A stretch of DNA of 64,000 bases from Nemertoderma westbladi (taxonomy: Eukaryota > Animalia > Xenacoelomorpha): assembly GCA_032718475.1 (NCBI GenBank), contig JAUCBJ010008363.1, positions 62,001-126,000 on the forward strand. Reading direction: 5' to 3'. Position numbers and translations under genes: made by a program. Positions 54,901 through 64,000 of this stretch are shown here, piece by piece (the stretch's first letter is position 1; the number at the start of each line of letters is the position of its first letter). The notes under the pieces were generated by a model. That model was not told the DNA's origin. It did no database searches and saw only the letters and a list, made by a program, of their open reading frames with translations.

Positions 54901-57900
54901 TTCACTGTGTTACCAGTGTTACCTGTTCTTTTGACTTTCATTTAAGATTCTCTATCTCATGGAGTGGGTTAGAAGTTATAAATATGAAAATCGATGTGGT
55001 TTTTGAAAAAATTCAGAGGATATTTTGATAAATTATTGCTGAAAAACACCAAGGATTTTGACAGGGATTTAATACTCAATATATTCATGAAATAGCTGAG
55101 AAATTTGAGGTGAATTATTGCATTACATATTAATTTCGGCTCCAGTCGCTTTGGCAATACGATGAAACTATAATAAATATTCTAGAACACAACAATATTA
55201 ACAGGGAGATAGGCTACTTTTCTCTCCACTCTGAGAGCCGCAAAAAGGGTGTGTTCCGACGCAATCAAATTTCATCCATCTCCTGGGGAAAGACGAAGCA
55301 AATAAGAGCTGATTACTTCTATAAATAAAAGTGTTACCTGTTCTTATGACTTTCGTTTAAGATTCTCTATCTCGTGGAGTGGGTTAGAAGTTATAAATAT
55401 GAAAATCGATGTGGTTTTTGAAAAAAATCAGAGGATATTTTGATAAATTATTGCTGAAAAACCCCAAGGATTTTGACACGGATTTTATACTCATTATATT
55501 CATAAACTAGCTGAGATATATAGAGGTGAATTATTGTATTACATAATAACTTTAACTCCAGCCACATTAGCAATACGATGAAACTATAATAAATATTCTA
55601 CAACAGAACAATATTAACAGGGAAATAGGCTACATATCTCTTCACTGTGTTACCAGTGTTACCTGTTCTTTTGACTTTCATTTAAGATTCTCTATCTCAT
55701 GGAGTGGGTTAGAAGTTATAAATATGAAAATCGATGTGGTTTTTGAAAAAATTCAGAAGATATTTTGATAAATTATTGCTGAAAAACCCCAAGGATTTTG
55801 ACACGGATTTTATACTCATTATATTCATAAACTACCTGAGATATTTGAGGTGAATTATTGTATTACATAATAACTTTAACTCCAGCCACATTAGCAATAC
55901 GATGAAACTATAATAAATATTCTACAACAGAACAATATTAACAGGGAAATAGGCTACTTATCTCTCCACTCTGAGAGCCTCAGAAATGGGGTGTTCCGAC
56001 GCAATCAAAATTCATCCATCTCCAGGGGAAAGGCGAAGCAAAGAATAGCTGATTACTTCTATAAATGTAAGTGTTACCTGTTCTTTTGACTTTCGTTTAA
56101 GATTGTCTATCTCTTGGAGTGGGTTAGAAGACATGAATATGAAAATCAATGTCGTTTTTTGTAAAAAATCAGAGGAGATTTTAATAAATTATTGCTGAAA
56201 AACACCAAGGATTTTGACAAGGATTTTATACTCATTATATTCATAAACTACCTGAGATATTTGAGGTGAATTATTGTATTACATAATAACTTTAACTCCA
56301 GCCACATTAGCAATACGATGAAACTATAATAAATATTCTACAACAGAACAATATTAACAGGGAAATAGGCTACTTATCTCTCCACTCTGAGAGCCTCAGA
56401 AAGGGGGTGTTCCGACGCAATCAAAATTCATCCATCTCCAGGGGAAAGGCGAAGCAAAGAATAGCTGATTACTTCTATAAATGTAAGTGTTACCTGTTCT
56501 TTTGACTTTCGTTGAAGATTGTCTATCTCTTGGAGTGGGTTAGAAGACATGAATATGAAAATCAATGTCGTTTCTTGTAAAAAATCAGAGGAGATTTTAA
56601 TAAATTATTGCTGAAAAACACCAAGGATTTTGACAAGGATTTAATACTCAATATATTCATGAAATAGCTGAGAAATTTGAGGTGAATTATTGCATTACAT
56701 ATTAATTTCGGCTCTAGTCGCTTTGGCAATACGATGAAACTATAATAAATATTCTAGAACACAACAATATTAACAGGGAGATAGGCTACTTATCTCTCCA
56801 CTCTGAGAGCCTCAGAACGGGGGTGTTTCGACGCAATCAAAATTCATCCATCTCCAGGGGAAAGGCGAAGCAAAGAATAGCTGATTACTTCTATAAATAT
56901 AAGTGTTACCTGTTCTTTTAGAAGATTTAGGGATAGAAGTTATAAATATGAAAATCAATGTCGTTTTTTGTAAAAAATTAGAGGATATTTTAATAAATTA
57001 TTGCTGAAAAAACCAAGGATTTTGACAATGATTTAATACTCATTATATTCATGAAATAGCTGAGAAATTTGAGGTGAATTATTGCATTACATATTATTTT
57101 CTGCTCCAGTCGCTTTGGCAATACGATGAAACTATAATAAATATTCTAGAACACAACAATATTAACAGGGAGATAGGCTACTTTTCTCTCCACTCTGAGA
57201 GCCTCAAAAAGGGGGTGTTCCGACGCAATCAAATTTCATCCATCTCCTGGGGAAAGACGAAGCAAATAAGAGCTGATTACTTCTATAAATGAAAGTGTTA
57301 CCTGTTCTTATAACTTTCGTTTAAGATTCTCTATCTCGTGGAGTGGGTTAGAAGTTATAAATATGAAAATCGATGTGGTTTTTGAAAAAAATTAGAGGAT
57401 ATTTTGATAAATTATTGCTGAAAAATCCCAAGGATTTTGACATGGCTTTAATACTCATTATATTCATGAAATAGCTGAGAAATTTGAGGTGAATTATTGT
57501 ATTACATATTAACTTCGGCTCCAGCCGCTTTGGCAATACGATGAAACTATAAAAAATATTCTAGAACACAACAATATTAACAGGGAGATAGGCTACTTAT
57601 CTCTCCACTCAGACAGCCACAGATAGCGAGGGGTGTTTTGACACAATCAAAATTTAACCATCTCCAGGGGAAAGACGAAGCAAATAACAGCTGATTACTT
57701 CTATAAATGTAAGTGTTACCTGTTTTTTGACTTTCGTTTAAGATTATTTATCTTGTGGACTAGGATAGAAGTCATGAATATGAAAATCGATGTGGTTTTT
57801 GAAAAAAATCAAAGGATATTATGATTAATTATTGCTGAAAAACACCAAGGATTTTGACATGGCTTTAATACTTCATTATGTTCATGAAATAGCTGAGATA

Positions 57901-58041
57901 CTTGAGGTGAATTGTTGCATTATATTAACTTCAGCTCCAGTCTCTTTGGCAATACGATGAAACTGTAATAAATATTCTAGAACACAACAATATTAACAGG
58001 GATATAGGCTACTTATCTCTCCACTCTGAGAGCCTCAGAAC

Positions 58042-58056
58042 GGGGGGGGGGGGGGG
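58042..58056 (+). repeat. G15 homopolymer, expanded from the G4-G7 run of the monomer
   Basis: AGAAC(G)15TGTTTCG. Homologous sites have G7 (~49599, 52006, 53672) or G5 (~56819). Confidence 0.8.
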
Positions 58057-58132
58057 TGTTTCGACGCAATCAAAATTCATCCATCTCCAGGGGAAAGGCG
58101 AAGCAAAGAATAGCTGATTACTTCTATAAATA

Positions 58133-61100
58133 TAAGTGTTACCTGTTCTTTTGACTTTCGTTTAAGATTGTCTATCTCTTGGAGTGGGATAGAAGTTATA
58201 AATATGAAAATCAATGTCGTTTTTTGTAAAAAATCAGAGGAGATTTTAATAAATTATTGCTGTAAAACACCAAGGATTTTGACAAGGATTTAATACTCAA
58301 TATATTCATGAAATGGCTGAGAAATTTGAGGTTAATTATTGCATTACATATTAATTTCGGCTCCAGTCGCTTTGGCAATACGATGAAACTATAATAAATA
58401 TTCTAGAACACAACAATACTAACAGGGAAATAGGCTACTTATCTCTCCACTCTGAGAGCCTCAGAAAGGGGGTGTTCCGATGCAATCAAAATTCATCCAT
58501 CACCAGGGGAAAAGCGAAGCAAAGAATAGCTGATTACTTCTATAAATGTAAGTGTTACCTGTTCTTTTGACTTTCGTTTAAGATTGACTATCTCTTGGAG
58601 TGGGTTAGATGACATGAATATGAAAATCAATGTCGTTTTTTGTAAAAAATCAGAGAAGATTTTAATAAATTATTGCTGAAAAACACCAAGGATTTTGACA
58701 AGGATTTAATAATCATTATATTCATGAAATAGCTGAGAAATTTGAGGTGAATTATTGCATTACATATTAATTTCGGCCCCAGCCGCTTTGGCAATACGAT
58801 GAAACTATAATAAATATTCTAGAACACAACAATATTAACAGGGAGATAGGCTACTTTTCTCTACACTCTGAGAGCCTCAAAAAGGGTGTGTTCCAACGCA
58901 ATCAAATTTCATCCATCTCCTGGGGAAAGACGAAGCAAATAACAGCTGATTACTTCTATAAATGAAAGTGTTACCTGTTCTTATGACTTTCGTTTAAGAT
59001 TGTCTATCTCATGGAGTGGGTTAGAAGTCATGAATATGAAAATCGATGTCGTTTTTTGAAAAAAATCAGAGGATATTTTGATAAATTATTGCTGAAAAAC
59101 CCCAAGGATTTTGACATGGCTTTAATACTTCATTATGTTCATGAAATAGCTGAGATACTTGAGGTGAATTGTTGCATTATATATTAACTTCAGCTCCAGC
59201 CGCTTTGGCAATACGATGAAACTATAATAAATATTCTAGAACACAACAATATTAACAGGGAGATAGGCTACTTATCTCTTCACTCTGAGAGCCTCAAAAA
59301 GGGGGTGTTCTGACACAATCAAAATTCATCCATCTCCAGGGGAAAGACGAAGCAAAGAACAGCTGATTACTTCTATAAATGTAAGTGTTACCTGTTCTTA
59401 TGACTTTTGTTTAAGATTCTCTATCTCGTGGAGTGGGTTAGAAGTTATAAATATGAAAATCGATGTCGTTTTTTGTAAAAAATCTGAGAATATTTTGATA
59501 AATTATTGCTGAAAGCCCAAGGATTTTGACATGGCTTTAATACTTCATTATGTTCATGAAATAGCGAGATACTTGAGGTGAATTGTTGCATTATATATTA
59601 ACTTCAGCTCCAGTCTCTTTGGCAATACGATGAAACTATAATAAATATTCTAGAACACAACAATATTAACAGGGAGATAGGCTACTTATCTCTTCACTGT
59701 GTTACCAGTGTTACCTGTTCTTTTGACTTTCATTTAAAATTCTCTATCTCATGGAGTGGGTTAGAAGTTATAAATATGAAAATCGATGTGGTTTTTGAAA
59801 AAATTCAGAGGATATATGGATAAATTATTGCTGAAAAACCCCAAGGATTTTGACAAGGATTTTATACTCATTATATTCATGAACTAGCTGAGATATTTGA
59901 GGTGAATTATTGTATTACATAATAACTTTAACTCCAGCCACATTAGCAATACGATGAAACTATAATAAATATTCTACAACAGAACAATATTAACAGAAAA
60001 ATAGGCTACTTATCTCTCCTCTCTGAGAGCCTCAGAAAGGGGGTGATCCGACGCAATCAAAATTCATCCATCTCCAGGGGAAAGGCGAAGCAAAGAATAG
60101 CTGATTACTTCTATAAATGTAAGTGTTACCTGTTCTTTTGACTTTCGTTTAAGATTGTCTATCTCTTGGAGTGGGTTAGAAGACATGAATATGAAAATCA
60201 ATATCGTTTTTTGTAAAAAATCAGAGGAGATTTTAATAAATTATTGCTGAAAAACACCAAGGATTTTGACAAGGATTTAATACTCAATATATTCATGAAA
60301 TAGCTGAGAAATTTGAGGTTAATTATTGCATTACATATTAAATTCGGCTCCAGTCGCTTTGGCAATACGATGAAACTATAATAAATATTCTAGAACACAA
60401 CAATATTAACAGGGAGATAGGCTACTTATATCTTCACTCTGAGAGCCTCAAAAAGGGGGTGTTCCGACGCAATCAAAATTCATCCATCTCCAGGGGAAAG
60501 ACGAAGCAAACAACAGCTGATTACTTCTATAAATGTAAGTGTTACCTGCTCTTTTGACTTTCATTTAAGATTGTCTATCTCTTGGAGTGGATTAGAAGTC
60601 ATGAATATGAAAATCGATGTCGTTTTTTTTTAAAAATCAGAGGAGATTTTAATAAATTATTGCTGAAAAACACCAAGGATTTTATATTCATTATATTCAT
60701 GAACTATTTGAGATATTTAATACGATGAAACTATAATAAATATTCTAGAACACAACAATATTAACAGGGAGATAGGCTACTTATATCTTCACTCTGAGAG
60801 CCACAGATATGGGGTGTTCCGACGCAATCAAAATTAATCCATCTCCTGGAGAAAGACGAAGCAAATAACAGCTAATTACTTCTATAAATGTAAGTGTTAC
60901 CTGTTCTTATGACTTTCGTTTAAGATTCTCTATCTCGTGGAGTGGGTTAGAAGTTATAAATATGAAAATCGATGTCGTTTTTTGTAAAAAATCAGAGGAG
61001 ATTTTAATAAATTAATGCTGAAAAACACCAAGGATTTTGACATGGCTTTAATACTCATTATATTCATGAAATAGCTAAGAAATTTTAGGTGAATTATTGT

Positions 61101-64000
61101 ATCACATATTAAGTTCGGCTCCAGCCGCTTTGGCAATACGATGAAACTATAATACATATTCTAGAACACAACAATATTAACAGGGAAATAGGCTACTTAT
61201 CTCTCCACTCTGAGAGCCTCAGAAAGGGGGTGTTCCGATGCAATCAAAATTCATCCATCACCAGGGGAAAGGCGAAGAAAAGAATAGCTGATTACTTCTA
61301 TAAATGTAAGTGTTACCTGTTCTTTTGACTTTCGTTTAAGATTGTCTATCTCTTGGAGTGGGATAGAAGTTATAAATATGAAAATCAATGTCGTTTTTTG
61401 TAAAAAATCAGAGGAGATTTTAATAAATTATTGCTGTAAAACACCAAGGATTTTGACAAGGATTTAATACTCAATATATTCATGAAATGGCTGAGAAATT
61501 TGAGGTTAATTATTGCATTACATATTAATTTCGGCTCCAGTCGCTTTGGCAATACGATGAAACTATAATAAATATTCTAGAACACAACAATACTAACAGG
61601 GAAATAGGCTACTTATCTCTCCACTCTGAGAGCCTCAGAAAGGGGGTGTTCCGATGCAATCAAAATTCATCCATCACCAGGGGAAAAGCGAAGCAAAGAA
61701 TAGCTGATTACTTCTATAAATGTAAGTGTTACCTGTTCTTTTGACTTTCGTTTAAGATTGACTATCTCTTGGAGTGGGTTAGATGACATGAATATGAAAA
61801 TCAATGTCGTTTTTTGTAAAAAATCAGAGAAGATTTTAATAAATTATTGCTGAAAAACACCAAGGATTTTGACAAGGATTTAATAATCATTATATTCATG
61901 AAATAGCTGAGAAATTTGAGGTGAATTATTGCATTACATATTAATTTCGGCCCCAGCCGCTTTGGCAATACGATGAAACTATAATAAATATTCTAGAACA
62001 CAACAATATTAACAGGGAGATAGGCTACTTTTCTCTACACTCTGAGAGCCTCAAAAAGGGTGTGTTCCAACGCAATCAAATTTCATCCATCTCCTGGGGA
62101 AAGACGAAGCAAATAACAGCTGATTACTTCTATAAATGAAAGTGTTACCTGTTCTTATGACTTTCGTTTAAGATTGTCTATCTCATGGAGTGGGTTAGAA
62201 GTCATGAATATGAAAATCGATGTCGTTTTTTGAAAAAAATCAGAGGATATTTTGATAAATTATTGCTGAAAAACCCCAAGGATTTTGACATGGCTTTAAT
62301 ACTTCATTATGTTCATGAAATAGCTGAGATACTTGAGGTGAATTGTTGCATTATATATTAACTTCAGCTCCAGCCGCTTTGGCAATACGATGAAACTATA
62401 ATAAATATTCTAGAACACAACAATATTAACAGGGAGATAGGCTACTTATCTCTTCACTCTGAGAGCCTCAAAAAGGGGGTGTTCTGACACAATCAAAATT
62501 CATCCATCTCCAGGGGAAAGACGAAGCAAAGAACAGCTGATTACTTCTATAAATGTAAGTGTTACCTGTTCTTATGACTTTTGTTTAAGATTCTCTATCT
62601 CGTGGAGTGGGTTAGAAGTTATAAATATGAAAATCGATGTCGTTTTTTGTAAAAAATCTGAGAATATTTTGATAAATTATTGCTGAAAGCCCAAGGATTT
62701 TGACATGGCTTTAATACTTCATTATGTTCATGAAATAGCGAGATACTTGAGGTGAATTGTTGCATTATATATTAACTTCAGCTCCAGTCTCTTTGGCAAT
62801 ACGATGAAACTATAATAAATATTCTAGAACACAACAATATTAACAGGGAGATAGGCTACTTATCTCTTCACTGTGTTACCAGTGTTACCTGTTCTTTTGA
62901 CTTTCATTTAAAATTCTCTATCTCATGGAGTGGGTTAGAAGTTATAAATATGAAAATCGATGTGGTTTTTGAAAAAATTCAGAGGATATATGGATAAATT
63001 ATTGCTGAAAAACCCCAAGGATTTTGACAAGGATTTTATACTCATTATATTCATGAACTAGCTGAGATATTTGAGGTGAATTATTGTATTACATAATAAC
63101 TTTAACTCCAGCCACATTAGCAATACGATGAAACTATAATAAATATTCTACAACAGAACAATATTAACAGAAAAATAGGCTACTTATCTCTCCTCTCTGA
63201 GAGCCTCAGAAAGGGGGTGATCCGACGCAATCAAAATTCATCCATCTCCAGGGGAAAGGCGAAGCAAAGAATAGCTGATTACTTCTATAAATGTAAGTGT
63301 TACCTGTTCTTTTGACTTTCGTTTAAGATTGTCTATCTCTTGGAGTGGGTTAGAAGACATGAATATGAAAATCAATATCGTTTTTTGTAAAAAATCAGAG
63401 GAGATTTTAATAAATTATTGCTGAAAAACACCAAGGATTTTGACAAGGATTTAATACTCAATATATTCATGAAATAGCTGAGAAATTTGAGGTTAATTAT
63501 TGCATTACATATTAAATTCGGCTCCAGTCGCTTTGGCAATACGATGAAACTATAATAAATATTCTAGAACACAACAATATTAACAGGGAGATAGGCTACT
63601 TATATCTTCACTCTGAGAGCCTCAAAAAGGGGGTGTTCCGACGCAATCAAAATTCATCCATCTCCAGGGGAAAGACGAAGCAAACAACAGCTGATTACTT
63701 CTATAAATGTAAGTGTTACCTGCTCTTTTGACTTTCATTTAAGATTGTCTATCTCTTGGAGTGGATTAGAAGTCATGAATATGAAAATCGATGTCGTTTT
63801 TTTTTAAAAATCAGAGGAGATTTTAATAAATTATTGCTGAAAAACACCAAGGATTTTATATTCATTATATTCATGAACTATTTGAGATATTTAATACGAT
63901 GAAACTATAATAAATATTCTAGAACACAACAATATTAACAGGGAGATAGGCTACTTATATCTTCACTCTGAGAGCCACAGATATGGGGTGTTCCGACGCA
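58133..64000 (+). repeat. Near-identical tandem duplication of an 8-mer (3174 bp), second copy truncated by the window end
   Basis: GCTGTAAAAC 58261->61435, deletion junction 59697->62871, and double-deletion monomer ~60680->63854 are all 3174 apart. GCTGAAAGCCCAAGG and GGATATATGG are also shared. Confidence 0.92.

Larger units (their letters stand above)
47718..62910 (+). repeat. Six interspersed copies of a ~325-bp monomer (99-bp deletion plus 8-bp GTGTTACC insertion)
   Basis: Junction TTCACT-GTGTTACC-AGTGTTACCTG at ~48008, 50416, 54905, 55645, 59697 and 62871. Confidence 0.92.
106..64000 (+). repeat. Tandem satellite DNA array, ~416-bp AT-rich monomer, head-to-tail, runs off the right edge of the window
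   Basis: The same unit (AAGATTC...GGAGTGGGTTAGAAG...AATTATTGCTGAAAAACACCAAGGATTTTGAC...GCAATACGATGAAACTATAATAAATATTCTAGAACAC...CAGCTGATTACTTC...GTGTTACCTGTTCTTTTGACTTTCATTT) recurs continuously. ORF-track echoes are spaced 416 or multiples of it (1804->2220 = 416; 5965->7213 = 1248). I saw no non-satellite sequence. Confidence 0.99.
46083..64000 (+). repeat. Distal domain: more diverged, multi-subfamily monomers arranged in 4-, 6- and 8-mer higher-order units
   Basis: It carries variants that are rare or absent proximally: TTTCGTTTAAG, CAGACAGCCACAGATAGGGAGGGG, GGCGAAGCAAAGAATAGC, TTCTACAAC(G/A)GAAC, CTCCTGGGG, CCAGTCTCTTTGGC, and internal deletions. Confidence 0.88.

Noticed and set aside
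555-61157. Repeated 60-82 aa ORFs (MLMW.../MPKR.../MKVK.../MFRR...)
   Set aside because: They are chance read-throughs of the satellite monomer, mostly with non-ATG starts. They appear and vanish with single substitutions or homopolymer indels, some exist only because of deletion junctions, and none has a recognisable domain.
106-64000. CRISPR array or other repeat-spacer system
   Set aside because: There are no unique spacers, the entire 416-bp unit is repeated, and no cas or other genes are present.

Overview
The whole 64 kb window is one AT-rich tandem satellite array with a ~416-bp monomer. I estimate roughly 160-165 monomers by eye, including truncated ones. It is most likely eukaryotic heterochromatic or (peri)centromeric DNA. 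I do not recognise the family or the organism. There is no supportable protein-coding gene, RNA gene, CRISPR array or intact transposon, and every ORF in the track is a 60-82 aa read-through of the monomer. The interesting signal is architectural. (1) A spacer-less inversion junction at 105/106 is centred on a TTAA, with non-identical arms, and the inverted arm carries variants typical of the distal part of the array. (2) There are three layers: a mosaic of two monomer types (A/B) at 0.1-38 kb, a near-pure A block at 38-46 kb, and a more diverged multi-type block at 46-64 kb. (3) Structural monomer variants (185, ~325, ~355 and ~550 bp; +TTAA) have been amplified inside nested, irregular higher-order repeats of about 1.0, 1.25, 1.43, 1.67, 2.27, 2.41, 3.17, 3.42 and 6.57 kb. 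(4) There are short conversion-like patches, CpG-biased variants, a G15 run, and inside the monomer an 83-bp-spaced internal repeat, a hairpin and an exon-like stop-free segment. All counts and boundaries were read manually and are approximate.
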